A stretch of DNA of 51,780 bases from an uncultured Pseudomonadota bacterium (GTDB lineage Bacteria; Pseudomonadota; Alphaproteobacteria; RF32; CAG-239): the NCBI GenBank assembly GCA_949295475.1, contig CASFLC010000131.1, forward strand, positions 1 to 51,780, read 5' to 3'. Under the pieces are notes generated by a model. It had not been told where the DNA came from and made no database searches. It worked only from the letters and a program-made list of their open reading frames with translations. This document shows, piece by piece, positions 7,397 to 17,284 of this stretch; position 1 is the first letter of the stretch, and every line of letters begins with the position of its first letter. Both the position numbers and the translations under genes were made by a program.

Positions 7397-8281
7397 TTAC
7401 AGGCCGCTCCAATAAGCTTCTTCATTAAAGCTGCCTTCAACGCATCCCGTCGCGCAATATTTGCCCGAACATTCCTCGTAACTGCACAGAGTGTTCTCCG
7501 GACAACTGTCCAGCGTGCACTCATACAGACATTTTTTGCAATTGTCATACAAAACCTTGCTGCCGCTCTGACAACTCTTCGACCCTATCTCCGCACCGTA
7601 CCGGCATTCACTGAACCCCTCGCACGGGTTTATCTCTATCTTGTACTTTGTGCCCGTGCAGCTCTCGCAACGTTCCGTCTCAATATAGCCTTCCGGGATT
7701 TCTCCGTAATCGTACCCTTCGCACAAATTGCAACAGGTCCCGTAGCTGCTGTCATATCCGCAGCGGCCGTCCAAACTCAGTTGCCACCCTTCCGAACAAC
7801 TCTTGACATAGCCCTCGCAGGCCTCTTCCACGTTTAACTCGCATCTGCTGTACTTGCCGCCGCAGCTGTTACCGCTCGTGTAATACGGCGGCTGACAATT
7901 GTCGTCATCGTACTGATAAACATCCGCACAGCGACAATTGGCATAACAGCGCAAATTCGGAAGCGGTCGTTGCAATGTTCCGCTCGCGCCGCTTTCGCAC
8001 GCAGAAACCATCCCATAATCTTCGCACCGGCGTTCGCCGTCCCCGCCGTCGGACGGGCCGGAAACATCCGGGGCGTTAATGTTGCTGTTGTAAATGTTTT
8101 GATAATCCGGAAGCCAGTATACTTTTGCCGTCCGATACGACTCCCCTTCGTTTGAAAATTCTCGGATATCCGGAGCCAGCCTCAGTGGTGTGTGTTGGTG
8201 TGTGCAATAGGCCGGATGACTATATAAACCGAACAACACTGTTGTAAATGCTGCCATGTACTTCGTGCTCATTCTGCTCAT
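7397..8281 (-). CDS. Cysteine-rich putative secreted/surface protein, probably co-transcribed with the DGR target
   Basis: 294 aa, 28 Cys, hydrophobic N-terminal segment, repeated CEGY/CEGF units; 45 bp from the target start. Confidence 0.8.
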   Translation of the reverse strand: MSRMSTKYMAAFTTVLFGLYSHPAYCTHQHTPLRLAPDIREFSNEGESYRTAKVYWLPDYQNIYNSNINAPDVSGPSDGGDGERRCEDYGMVSACESGASGTLQRPLPNLRCYANCRCADVYQYDDDNCQPPYYTSGNSCGGKYSRCELNVEEACEGYVKSCSEGWQLSLDGRCGYDSSYGTCCNLCEGYDYGEIPEGYIETERCESCTGTKYKIEINPCEGFSECRYGAEIGSKSCQSGSKVLYDNCKKCLYECTLDSCPENTLCSYEECSGKYCATGCVEGSFNEEAYWSGL

Positions 8282-8323
8282 CTTCGTCGTCCTTCTTCTG
8301 TTAGTCCGGATATCCTACCTTTT

Positions 8324-8364
8324 AATTTAACACGCCTTAAAACGTGTGTCAATAATTAATTAAC
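8324..8364 (-). promoter_or_regulatory. Putative sigma70 promoter of the Cys-rich/target operon with an overlapping CtrA-like site
   Basis: Minus strand TTGACA(8352-8347)-N17-TAAATT(8329-8324) with extended TG; TCAA-N7-TTAAC at 8349-8364 (one mismatch to TTAA-N7-TTAAC); ACACG/CGTGT palindrome in the spacer. Confidence 0.55.
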
Positions 8365-8506
8365 AGCGCTGGACGGAAAACTCATTTTATGCGGTTTCCC
8401 CCTCTCAGCGGCTTTAAAAACGCCCTTAAAACTTATGTTTTATCCGACTTTTCCCCTTTTTATTCCATTATCATAACATCTTATGCCAGGCAGCGCCTGG
8501 TGGCAT

Positions 8507-8620
8507 AACTGGCCGCCTAAATAATCTTTAAGTAGGCGCGCGGTGGCAGCGCCACTGGCATAACCTAAGCGGCTGTTTTGAGAATTCCACTCTTCTGCAG
8601 ATATGGCGTTGGTTGAGGCT
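8507..8620. repeat. Degenerate direct repeat, copy 2, with internal palindromes
   Basis: Homologous to 6266-6420; GGCAGCGCC..TGGCATAAC occurs twice (8489-8509, 8545-8564). Confidence 0.75.
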
Positions 8621-8623
8621 GAT

Positions 8624-8663
8624 AAAAAAAATGCCGGGAAAACTTCTGCGTTTTCCCGGTTTT
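8624..8663 (-). terminator. Rho-independent terminator of mrp
   Basis: CCGGGAAAAC/GTTTTCCCGG stem; A-tract on + gives a U-tract on the minus strand. Confidence 0.7.
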
Positions 8664-8680
8664 GGATGTTTTATAATCTG

Positions 8681-9676
8681 CTAGGCCAGTTCGTCAATGA
8701 TTTTTGCGGCGATTTCTTTATAAGCTTTGGCAAACGGACTTTCCGGCTGCGCCCTGACTATCGGCGTGCCGCCGTCGGCGTTGGTCCGGATATCAATATG
8801 CAGCGGAATCTCTCCCAAAAACGGAACATTCAACTCCTGCGCCGTCTCCTTTGCGCCGGCATGACCGAAAATGTCCGCCCGGGTTCCGCACTTGGGACAC
8901 AGATAATAACTCATGTTTTCAATAATTCCGAGAATCGGCACCTCTACGCGTTTGAACATATTGACGCCCTTGACCGCATCTATCAGGGCGATATCCTGCG
9001 GCGTTGAAACAATTACCGCGCCGTCGATATTTACCCGCTGTGACAGCGTAATCTGAATGTCTCCGGTACCGGGCGGCATGTCTATCACCATGATATCAAT
9101 CTCCCCCCAGGAAACTTCCGTCAGAAGCTGCTCTATTGCGCCGCAAGCCTTGGCCCCGCGCCAGATTAACGGCACATTGCGGTCTATCAGCGTGCCGATT
9201 GACATGGATTTGATGTCCTGATACTCAAAAGGCTGAAACGTTTTGCCGTCATAAGAAACCGGCGCCACGCCTTCGTATCCCAGCATGGTGGGAACCGACG
9301 GGCCGTAAATATCCGCATCAAACAATGCAACCTTTTTGCCCAGTGCAGATAAGGCCATGGCCAAATTAACCGCCGTGGTCGATTTGCCGACTCCGCCTTT
9401 GCCGGACGCAACGGCAATAATTTTTTTGACGCCGGGTATTTCCCATTTGCCGGAATCAGGTTGAAGCGGCTGCGCCTGCTTGTCTGCCGTGTAAACAACG
9501 CTGACTTTTTTAACGCCGTCAACCCGGGACAGTTTTTGCGTCATTTCTTCGGCCTTAGCATCATCCTGAGCCGCGGCGTAAAGCGTGACAATGACCCGCC
9601 CTCCGAATTGTTTGACGCTTTCGACTGCCGAAGCCGGAAAATATGCGCCGACAATGTTTTGCAACTCTGTTTCCAT
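8681..9676 (-). CDS. mrp: Mrp/NBP35 (ApbC) Fe-S cluster carrier ATPase
   Basis: VASGKGGVGKSTT, DADIYGPS, DMPPGTGD, ENMSYYLCPKCG motifs. Confidence 0.95.
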   Translation of the reverse strand: METELQNIVGAYFPASAVESVKQFGGRVIVTLYAAAQDDAKAEEMTQKLSRVDGVKKVSVVYTADKQAQPLQPDSGKWEIPGVKKIIAVASGKGGVGKSTTAVNLAMALSALGKKVALFDADIYGPSVPTMLGYEGVAPVSYDGKTFQPFEYQDIKSMSIGTLIDRNVPLIWRGAKACGAIEQLLTEVSWGEIDIMVIDMPPGTGDIQITLSQRVNIDGAVIVSTPQDIALIDAVKGVNMFKRVEVPILGIIENMSYYLCPKCGTRADIFGHAGAKETAQELNVPFLGEIPLHIDIRTNADGGTPIVRAQPESPFAKAYKEIAAKIIDELA

Positions 9677-9776
9677 CGCTGTTTGTCCTGTTGATAGATG
9701 TTTTCGATTATTGTTTTATTGGTATATCTATATTATATATTCAGGTAACGCAATAAAAAAGTTGAAAGGTGTAAAA

Positions 9777-10799
9777 ATGGCTAAAATTCCCAATCCTTGG
9801 GATGATAACGACAATAATCCCTGGAGAGACAATGACCCTTCCCCGCAAAAACCTAAAATAGTCAATTTCAGCAAAAATGAAACCCCCGGCAGTTTTGATT
9901 TTAAATGGCAATGGGGCGCGGGTATTCTGCTCTTAATCTGGCTGGCTTCCGGTTTTTATCAGGTTCAGCCGAACGAGGAAGGCGTTGTTCTGCGCTTTGG
10001 GGCTTATGCCTACAGCACCGATGCCGGACTGCACTATCACCTGCCTTATCCGATTGAAAAGGTCGAAAAAGTCAATCTGACGCAGGAACGAAGCATCAAT
10101 CTCGGCGTGCAGACGGTTGACGATGCCAACGCCTTTACGGAAAGCCACATGCTGACCGGCGATGAAAATATCGTGGACATTAACCTGACCATTGTCTGGA
10201 GAATCGAAAACGCCAAAGATTATCTGTTTAACCTGCAAAGCCCTGATGAAACCGTGCGGGTGGCCGCACAATCCGTTTTGCGCGAAATCGTCGGCCAGTC
10301 AAAGATGATGCCGATTATTTCGGGCGACCGCGGCAAAGTTGAAGACGAAACCAAAGAAGAACTGCAAAAGGTTTTGAACGAGTTTGGTTCCGGCATCAAA
10401 ATCGTGCGCGTTAAGCTGCAAAAAGCCGACCCGCCGCGGCAGGTGGTCGATGCCTTCAACGAAGTGCAACGCGCCAAAGCCGATATGGAACGTTTTAAAA
10501 ACGAGGCCGAAGCCTATCGCAACGAAATTCTGCCCAAAGCCAAAGGCGAAGCGGCTCAGCGTCTGCAAAACGCCGAAGCTTATAAAAGCGCCGTCGTTAA
10601 TACCGCCCAAGGCGAAGCCGAGCGTTTTCTGTCGGTTTACAACGCTTATAAAAGCGGCAAAGACGTGACCATTAAGCGCCTGTACTTGGAAACCATGGAA
10701 AACGTGCTGGCCAATTCAAACAAGGTCATTCTTGATCCGTCAGCAAAAGGTTCCAACGTGGTGCCCTATCTGCCGCTGGATAAACTGCAGAACAAATAA
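9777..10799 (+). CDS. hflK: FtsH protease modulator HflK
   Basis: Start MAKIPNPW at 9777 (GAAAGG RBS); SPFH domain, MLTGDENIV, RLYLETME. Confidence 0.95.
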   Translation: MAKIPNPWDDNDNNPWRDNDPSPQKPKIVNFSKNETPGSFDFKWQWGAGILLLIWLASGFYQVQPNEEGVVLRFGAYAYSTDAGLHYHLPYPIEKVEKVNLTQERSINLGVQTVDDANAFTESHMLTGDENIVDINLTIVWRIENAKDYLFNLQSPDETVRVAAQSVLREIVGQSKMMPIISGDRGKVEDETKEELQKVLNEFGSGIKIVRVKLQKADPPRQVVDAFNEVQRAKADMERFKNEAEAYRNEILPKAKGEAAQRLQNAEAYKSAVVNTAQGEAERFLSVYNAYKSGKDVTIKRLYLETMENVLANSNKVILDPSAKGSNVVPYLPLDKLQNK

Positions 10800-10810
10800 G
10801 GAGAATAAAG

Positions 10811-11689
10811 ATGAGCGATAAATTGAAACTGATTATCGGCGCAGCGGTCGTCGTTATTCTCTTTGTGGCGGCAAACGCCTTTTATGTCGTGGCGCAAACC
10901 GAACAGGCCATTGTTCTGCAGTTCGGCGAACCGATGCGGGTGGTTAAAGATCCCGGCTTGCGGCTGAAGGTTCCGTTTATTCAAAACGTCGTCTTTTATG
11001 ACACGCGGCTGCTGAATCTTGATCCGCCGGCTCAGGAAGTCGTGTTGAACGACAAAAAACGTCTGGACGTCGACAGCTTTACCCGTTATCGGATTGTTGA
11101 TCCACTGCGTTTTTACAAAACCGTCCGCACCGAATTTCAGGCTCGCGGCAAGCTGGAAGAAATCGTCAATTCTTCTGTGCGCAAAATATTAGGGCGCAGC
11201 ACGCTGCAGGAGCTTCTCTCCGGCCAGCGCACAAAAATTATGTCTGATATCAGCCAAGCCGTTAAAGTCGATGCGGAACAAATCGGCGTCAGCGTTGCAG
11301 ATGTCCGCATCCGCCGGGCCGATCTTCCGGTTGAGGTGCTGCAGGCGATTAACGCCCGGATGAAGACCGAACGCGACCGCGAAGCCAAAGAATTTCGCGC
11401 AACCGGACAGCAGGAGGCACAGCAAATTCGCGCACAGGCAGAAAAAGAGCGGACAATAATTATTGCGGAAGCTGAAAAACAGGCTCAGATTATTCGCGGT
11501 GAAGGCGACCGGGAGGCCATTGCCATCTGGAATGCAGCCGCGGGAACGGATCCGCAGTTTTATGCCTTTTATCGTTCGCTGGAAGCCTACAACAAAGCCC
11601 TGGGCAACAAAGAAACAACATCTATGGTTCTTTCGCCCGACGCCGAGTTTTTTGACTTCTTCGGCAAATCTTTAAAATCCGGAAGATGA
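10811..11689 (+). CDS. hflC: FtsH protease modulator HflC
   Basis: SPFH domain, RMKTER, FYAFYRSLEAY; follows hflK. Confidence 0.96.
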   Translation: MSDKLKLIIGAAVVVILFVAANAFYVVAQTEQAIVLQFGEPMRVVKDPGLRLKVPFIQNVVFYDTRLLNLDPPAQEVVLNDKKRLDVDSFTRYRIVDPLRFYKTVRTEFQARGKLEEIVNSSVRKILGRSTLQELLSGQRTKIMSDISQAVKVDAEQIGVSVADVRIRRADLPVEVLQAINARMKTERDREAKEFRATGQQEAQQIRAQAEKERTIIIAEAEKQAQIIRGEGDREAIAIWNAAAGTDPQFYAFYRSLEAYNKALGNKETTSMVLSPDAEFFDFFGKSLKSGR

Positions 11690-13110
11690 TGGTTCGGCGA
11701 CATCTGACATATTGGACGGCATGTCTGGCGTTTGGCTGTGTCGGAGCCGCACAGGCGCAAATGCCGTCTTTTGCCGATTTGGTCGAGCAGGTGCAGCCGG
11801 CCGTGGTAAATATCTCGACTTCACGCCCCTATTCTCCGGAAGAAACCGGAGAAAGCATGCCGGGAATCGTCAGTGCGGACCCAAGAATTGAAAACTTTTT
11901 TAATCCGCGGCAGCCGCAGCAGGAATCTCTGGGCTCCGGTTTTGTTATTGATCCGGCCGGCTATATCATTACCAACAGCCATGTTATTGAAGGCGCCGAG
12001 GCCATTCAGGTTACCACGGCGGACAACCGCCAACTGGAGGCCAAACTGGTCGGCCGGGACAATAAGACCGATATTGCCCTGATAAAGGTGGAAACCGCCG
12101 ACAAGCTTGCGTTTGCAAAAATCGGAGACTCTGACAAAATCCGCGTCGGCGACTGGATTTTGGCCATCGGCAACCCTTTCGGGCTGGGCAACAGCGTTTC
12201 GGCCGGCATTGTTTCGGCAAAATCCCGGGATATCGAATCCGGCCCTTACGATAACTTTATACAAACTGATGCGTCCATTAACCAAGGGAGTTCCGGCGGC
12301 CCGATGTTTAACATGAACGGTGAAGTTATCGGCATTAACACGGCTATTTTTTCCACCAGCGGCGGCAGTATGGGCATCGGATTTGCCATTCCGGTTAACC
12401 TGACGCGTTTTGTCGTCACCGAACTGAAAGCCAAGGGTAAAGTCGAACGCGGTTGGATTGGCGTCAGCATTCAGCCCAACAGCGAGGATATATCCGCCAG
12501 CGTCGGTCAACCTCAAAAACAGGGCGTGGTGGTTTCCGCCGTTTCGGAAGGTTCTACAGCGGCGAAAGTCGGTGTCGAAGCCGGGGACATTATTACCGCC
12601 GTTGACGGACATCCGGCCGGAGATCCGCGGAGTTTTTCCAGAATGATTGCGGAAACGGCGCCCGGCAAATCGGTCAGTCTGGAAATTTGGCGTAACAAAC
12701 AATTTTTGCATAAAAACGTTTTTGTCGCTTTAATGCCCGAAGAGGAAAAGGAAGCGCCTATCCAACCACAGCGTCCGGCTGCCGAAGTTCCCGTCGATGA
12801 CGGCTATATTGCCCCGCTGCATATTACTTTGTCAAATTTGACGCCGGAAATTTTGAATAAATATCATTTTGATAACTCTCAGAGCGGCGTGGTTATTGTC
12901 AAAGTCGACTCCGGCAGCGATGCCGAGGCAAAAGGCCTGCGGGAAGGAAATCTGATTACGGAGATTGACAAGGCCCCGGTTTTTGATATTAATGATGTCC
13001 GCACGATGGCCGATGATGCCCGTTTGGACAATCAGCGGCCGCTCCTGCTGCAGATTTATGAGAATAACATTCCGCATTATGCGGCCATTAAACTGGATGT
13101 CAATGAGTAG
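11686..13110 (+). CDS. degP: Do/DegP-family periplasmic serine protease with two PDZ domains
   Basis: LGSGFVI, ITNSHVI, FIQTDASINQGSSGGP; signal peptide; hflKC-degP synteny. Confidence 0.93.
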   Translation: MMVRRHLTYWTACLAFGCVGAAQAQMPSFADLVEQVQPAVVNISTSRPYSPEETGESMPGIVSADPRIENFFNPRQPQQESLGSGFVIDPAGYIITNSHVIEGAEAIQVTTADNRQLEAKLVGRDNKTDIALIKVETADKLAFAKIGDSDKIRVGDWILAIGNPFGLGNSVSAGIVSAKSRDIESGPYDNFIQTDASINQGSSGGPMFNMNGEVIGINTAIFSTSGGSMGIGFAIPVNLTRFVVTELKAKGKVERGWIGVSIQPNSEDISASVGQPQKQGVVVSAVSEGSTAAKVGVEAGDIITAVDGHPAGDPRSFSRMIAETAPGKSVSLEIWRNKQFLHKNVFVALMPEEEKEAPIQPQRPAAEVPVDDGYIAPLHITLSNLTPEILNKYHFDNSQSGVVIVKVDSGSDAEAKGLREGNLITEIDKAPVFDINDVRTMADDARLDNQRPLLLQIYENNIPHYAAIKLDVNE

Positions 13111-13561
13111 AGTGGATTTTTATCATTTGCAGACGCAGCCGTTGGATGTCGTTTTGCCGAAACTACTGGAAAAAGCCTACGAAACGGGAAAAAGCACCGT
13201 TGTCCGAATCGGAACGGAAGAACGGGTGGATTTTATCAACTCTCTGTTGTGGACGTATAACGATCAGTCGTTTTTGCCGCATGGCGCAAAAAAAGACGGC
13301 AATGCCGAATTGCAGCCGATTTGGCTGACCAGCGGAACGGACAACCCCAATCTGGCAAGTCTGCTGTTTTTGGTTGACGGCGCCTCGGCCGCTCCCGAGG
13401 AACTTGCCGATTATATGCGTATTTTTAATATTTTTGACGGCAATTCTCCGGAAGCCGTGCAACAAGCCAGGAATTTTTGGAAAAGCGTCAAAGCTTCCGG
13501 AAACGATTGTTTCTATTGGCAACAGGATACCTCCGGCAAATGGAAGCAGGCCGGAGCTTAA
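13103..13561 (+). CDS. holC: DNA polymerase III chi subunit
   Basis: MSRVDFYHL..., LWTY...SFLPHG, QPIWL, terminal YWQQ..GKW; start at ATG 13103 overlapping the degP end. Confidence 0.93.
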   Translation: MSRVDFYHLQTQPLDVVLPKLLEKAYETGKSTVVRIGTEERVDFINSLLWTYNDQSFLPHGAKKDGNAELQPIWLTSGTDNPNLASLLFLVDGASAAPEELADYMRIFNIFDGNSPEAVQQARNFWKSVKASGNDCFYWQQDTSGKWKQAGA

Positions 13562-13744
13562 GTTGTTTTCCGCGCATGCGGCCTCCCATACCGGAATCAG
13601 AGCAAGCCTTACAGAATTAACTGAGGCAGCCTTCAGATAATTTTATTTTTTCATGAATCGGGGCTTCAAAAAATAAAAAAAAGCCGGAAATTTTCCAGAT
13701 GTTTTTGTTTGAATTTGCCGCACCGTTATCTAGCGACCTCTCTG

Positions 13745-13774
13745 TTGACAGGTGCCGCTGTGAATTCCTATATT
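13745..13774 (+). promoter_or_regulatory. Putative clpB promoter (sigma70/RpoH-like)
   Basis: TTGACA-N17-CTATAT(T); CCTATAT resembles the alphaproteobacterial RpoH -10 element. Confidence 0.45.
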
Positions 13775-13799
13775 ATAGGATAAGAAAGAGAGGTTTATT

Positions 13800-16403
13800 A
13801 TGGATTTTGAAAAACTGACGGCAAAATCAAAAGAAATTTTGCAGGATGTGGTTAATCTGGCCGCGTCAAACCGCAATCAATACATTACTCCCCTGCATTT
13901 GCTGAAAGTGCTTTTGGATAATAATGACGAGGTAATCGCCAACCTGATTTTGAAATCCGGCGGCAGCATTACACAAATCCGCGACAAGCTGGAAAAAGCG
14001 TTTGCTAAAATTCCCCAAGTGGAAGGCAGCAGCATTCAGAGCCTGATGTCGCAGGAATTTACCATGGTGATGATGGAGGCGGAAAAGCTGGCAGACAAAA
14101 GCGGCGACAAATTCGTAACGGCGGAACGTCTGCTGCAGGCGCTTTCGGTCACTTCCGGCAATGAGGCTTACGATATTTTGAAAGCCGGCGGCGTCGATGC
14201 CGTCAAACTGAATCAGGTGATTAACGAATATCGCAAAGGGCGGATTGCCGACAGCGAAACTTCGGAAGACAATTTTGAAGCCCTGAAGAAATTTACCATC
14301 GACATTACCCAAAAAGCCAAAGAAGGAAAACTTGATCCGGTTATCGGACGAGAGCACGAAATCCGCCGGGCAATTCAGGTCTTGTCCCGCCGAACGAAAA
14401 ACAATCCGGTGCTTATCGGCGAGCCCGGCGTCGGCAAAACCGCAATTGTCGAAGGGCTGGCCATGCGAATCGTTAACAACGACGTTCCGGAAAGCCTGAA
14501 ACACAAACGTCTGTTGTCTTTGGATTTGGGTGCCCTGATTGCCGGTGCAAAATTCCGCGGCGAGTTTGAGGAACGCCTGAAATCCGTGTTGAAAGAGGTT
14601 GAGGCCTCGGACGGCAACATCATTTTGTTTATTGACGAGATGCATACGCTGGTTGGCGCCGGCGCCTCCGAGGGTTCCATGGACGCCTCCAACCTGCTCA
14701 AGCCGGCTTTGGCGCGCGGCGAACTTCATTGTTTGGGCGCTACGACTTTGAACGAATACAAAAAATATGTGGAAAAAGATGCTGCTCTGGCACGTCGTTT
14801 TCAGGCCGTTTACGTCGGCGAGCCGACGGTTGAAGAAACTATTTCCATTCTCCGCGGCATTAAGGAAAAATTTGAGTTGCATCACGGCGTCAAAATTTCG
14901 GACGGCGCGCTGATTGCCGCCGCTACTTTGTCCAACCGCTATATCAGCGACCGTTTTTTGCCGGACAAGGCCATCGATTTGATGGATGAAGCGGCCAGTT
15001 CGCTGCGGATGGCGATTGATTCCAAACCTGAGGAACTGGATGAGCTTGACCGCCGGATTTTGCAGCTGAAAATCGAGCGTGAGGCTCTGAAAAAAGAAAC
15101 TGACGAAAAATCGAAAGAGCGTCTGGAGCTTATCGGCTATGAAATTTCCGGTCTGGAGGCTAAGGCCAAAACGCTGGAAGAAAAATGGCATGAGGAAAAA
15201 CAGGGACTGGCGGATTTTACCGGCTTAAAAGACAAACTGGACAAGGCCCGGATAGAAGTGGAAATCGCCAAACGCGAAGGCCGTTTTGAACGCGCGGGTG
15301 AATTGCAGTACAGCATTATCCCCGATTTGGAAAACAAAATCAAAACCGCCGAAGCCGAAGCCGAACAGCATAAAAGCGGTTTTTCGGAAACGGTTACCGA
15401 AGAGAACATTGCTTCCGTGGTATCCAAATGGACGGGCATTCCGGTTGATAAAATGCTGCAGGGCGAAAAAGAAAAACTGATTCATATGGAAGACTTTTTG
15501 AGTAAACGCGTCGTCGGCCAAAAAGAAGCCATTGCCGCGGTTTCCAATGCGGTCAGACGTTCGCGCGCCGGAATCAGCGACGCCCGTCAGCCGATAGGTT
15601 CTTTCCTGTTTCTGGGGCCGACCGGCGTGGGCAAGACCGAATTGAGCAAGGCTCTGGCCGAGTTTTTGTTCAACGATGAAAGCGCCATGCTGCGTATTGA
15701 TATGTCGGAATATATGGAAAAGCATGCGGTTGCCCGTTTAATCGGTTCGCCTCCGGGATATGTCGGTTATGATGAAGGCGGTTATTTGACCGAAGCCGTG
15801 CGCCGCCGTCCTTATCAGGTCATTTTGTTTGACGAAGTCGAAAAAGCACATCCCGATGTTTTCAACATCCTGCTGCAGGTTTTGGACGACGGCCGTCTGA
15901 CTGACGGCAAAGGCCGCACGGTCGATTTCAAGAACACGATTATCATTATGACATCCAACTTAGGATCAGACATCTTGTCCAATGCGACCGGCGCCGACAA
16001 TCCCAAAGAGGTCCGCGCCCGGGTAATGGATATTGTCAAAAACTCGTTTCGTCCGGAATTTATAAACCGAATCGACGAGATTACGATTTTCCACAAGCTG
16101 GACAAGACCAATATTAAAGACATTGCCAAAATCCAAGTTGAAAATATTGAAAAACGCCTGGCCGACCAAAATATCCACATCCATGTTAATGACGCAGCCT
16201 TTATCTGGATTGTCAATAACGGATACGATGCTATTTATGGGGCAAGACCTTTAAAAAGATTGCTAAAGACTCAAATTGAGAATAAATTAGCTCTCAAGAT
16301 TCTGGAAGGAGAAATCGGTGACGGCGACACGGCAGACGTTATCGTTGTCGACGGCGCTTTGGATATTGTAAAAAGTAAGAGAAACAAAAAAAGCGATGCG
16401 TAG
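13800..16403 (+). CDS. clpB: ATP-dependent chaperone ClpB
   Basis: 867 aa; two AAA+ modules ([16 protein letters not shown]), coiled-coil middle domain, PPGYVGY. Confidence 0.98.
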   Translation: MDFEKLTAKSKEILQDVVNLAASNRNQYITPLHLLKVLLDNNDEVIANLILKSGGSITQIRDKLEKAFAKIPQVEGSSIQSLMSQEFTMVMMEAEKLADKSGDKFVTAERLLQALSVTSGNEAYDILKAGGVDAVKLNQVINEYRKGRIADSETSEDNFEALKKFTIDITQKAKEGKLDPVIGREHEIRRAIQVLSRRTKNNPVLIGEPGVGKTAIVEGLAMRIVNNDVPESLKHKRLLSLDLGALIAGAKFRGEFEERLKSVLKEVEASDGNIILFIDEMHTLVGAGASEGSMDASNLLKPALARGELHCLGATTLNEYKKYVEKDAALARRFQAVYVGEPTVEETISILRGIKEKFELHHGVKISDGALIAAATLSNRYISDRFLPDKAIDLMDEAASSLRMAIDSKPEELDELDRRILQLKIEREALKKETDEKSKERLELIGYEISGLEAKAKTLEEKWHEEKQGLADFTGLKDKLDKARIEVEIAKREGRFERAGELQYSIIPDLENKIKTAEAEAEQHKSGFSETVTEENIASVVSKWTGIPVDKMLQGEKEKLIHMEDFLSKRVVGQKEAIAAVSNAVRRSRAGISDARQPIGSFLFLGPTGVGKTELSKALAEFLFNDESAMLRIDMSEYMEKHAVARLIGSPPGYVGYDEGGYLTEAVRRRPYQVILFDEVEKAHPDVFNILLQVLDDGRLTDGKGRTVDFKNTIIIMTSNLGSDILSNATGADNPKEVRARVMDIVKNSFRPEFINRIDEITIFHKLDKTNIKDIAKIQVENIEKRLADQNIHIHVNDAAFIWIVNNGYDAIYGARPLKRLLKTQIENKLALKILEGEIGDGDTADVIVVDGALDIVKSKRNKKSDA

Positions 16404-16827
16404 TTTATTTTCGGAAGGGCTGAAAGTAGCCAAGACTTTTGATGTGTCAACGCCGGCGGACAGTTTGGTGGTGTACAGCATTACCAATCAACCGACCAAA
16501 GAGAATCGCGATTTGGCCTTCGCCTATGTGGCGGAAAACCCCGGCAAAATGATGATTGACCATACTCCCTGCGGCGCCAAGCTGGTTGAAATGGGTTTTA
16601 ACAGCGCTGACAGCGGCCTGTCTGCCGATGACGTGGTGCTGATTTGGAAAGAGGCCAGCAAGCGGATGATTGAGCAGGCCAAAGGCAATGTAACCGCCTT
16701 TGTCAAAAACGCCGATAAAGAGAGCGTGTTCTTAAGCCTTGAGTTGCCGTGCATTTTGAACAATCCGAAAATTCTGACGATTAACGGAGAAGAAAAACAC
16801 CGCTTTGCGAAACAATTTGAGATGTAA
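16396..16827 (+). CDS. Putative ADP-ribosyl cyclase / NAD glycohydrolase-fold protein
   Basis: 143 aa; motifs [41 protein letters not shown] resemble the CD38/Tox-ARC pattern (comparison from memory); overlaps the clpB stop by 8 bp. Confidence 0.6.
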   Translation: MRSLFSEGLKVAKTFDVSTPADSLVVYSITNQPTKENRDLAFAYVAENPGKMMIDHTPCGAKLVEMGFNSADSGLSADDVVLIWKEASKRMIEQAKGNVTAFVKNADKESVFLSLELPCILNNPKILTINGEEKHRFAKQFEM

Positions 16828-16831
16828 ACCC

Positions 16832-16863
16832 AATAAAACCCGTTCAATTGAACGGGTTTTATT
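16832..16863. terminator. Perfect 32-bp palindrome, bidirectional terminator
   Basis: AATAAAACCCGTTCAATTGAACGGGTTTTATT between convergent genes. Confidence 0.8.
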
Positions 16864-16869
16864 TTGCCC

Positions 16870-17109
16870 TTACCGGTCCTCCAAAAAGATGACGACTCTT
16901 TTATCGTAAAATTTTGCCAAGATATAAAGGTGTTCCAGTTTTAGTTCGCGATTACCGATTTCTATCGCGTCTATCCACCAGCTGGGTATACCGGTTTTGA
17001 CGTGGACTTCTTCTATGCTCAGCCGGTTGGATATCCTCAAATCATGCAGCTGTTGCGACAAGCTGCGCTGACAGCGTTTTTGGTCTTTCATTGCTTTTTG
17101 GCATAACAT
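16870..17109 (-). CDS. Small XRE/Cro-type helix-turn-helix protein
   Basis: 79 aa; LHDLRISNRLSIEEVHVKTGIPSWWIDAIEIG; GGAG RBS. Confidence 0.8.
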   Translation of the reverse strand: MLCQKAMKDQKRCQRSLSQQLHDLRISNRLSIEEVHVKTGIPSWWIDAIEIGNRELKLEHLYILAKFYDKRVVIFLEDR

Positions 17110-17166
17110 GTTTGTAACTCCTTTGTTTGTTGATAAAACAAAACCGCCTCGTTACAACAACGAAGC

Positions 17167-17284
17167 GGGGAGTTCACAACTGTATAACCGAACAGTCCGG
17201 GTTCTTCGTCATGCAGGCATGCTTATTCCCCCGGCTCCCCATTTAAGGAGTTGTTCTTTTGGTTATTTGGAGCTGTGACACTCC
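17167..17284 (-). ncRNA. Candidate C4/CI-type antisense RNA (17240-17167) with upstream complementary target (17284-17261)
   Basis: Closing stem GGGGAG/CTCCCC, inner stems CCGGG/CCCGG and ACTGT/ACAGT; unpaired GGTTAT and TGTGA are complementary to upstream ATAACC and TCACA. Confidence 0.55.

Larger units (their letters stand above)
3891..8281 (-). mobile_element. Diversity-generating retroelement (DGR) locus with two tandem template repeats
   Basis: Co-oriented RT, two TRs, avd, VR-containing target gene with downstream hairpin, and an upstream Cys-rich gene; adenine-specific TR/VR mismatches. No integrase or phage genes nearby. Confidence 0.95.

Noticed and set aside
3821..8680. Prophage or ICE carrying the DGR
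   Set aside because: No integrase, transposase, structural or conjugation genes, and no clean att-like repeat seen in the window.
13725..13760. CIRCE element upstream of clpB
   Set aside because: Only a loose inverted repeat; it does not match TTAGCACTC-N9-GAGTGCTAA.
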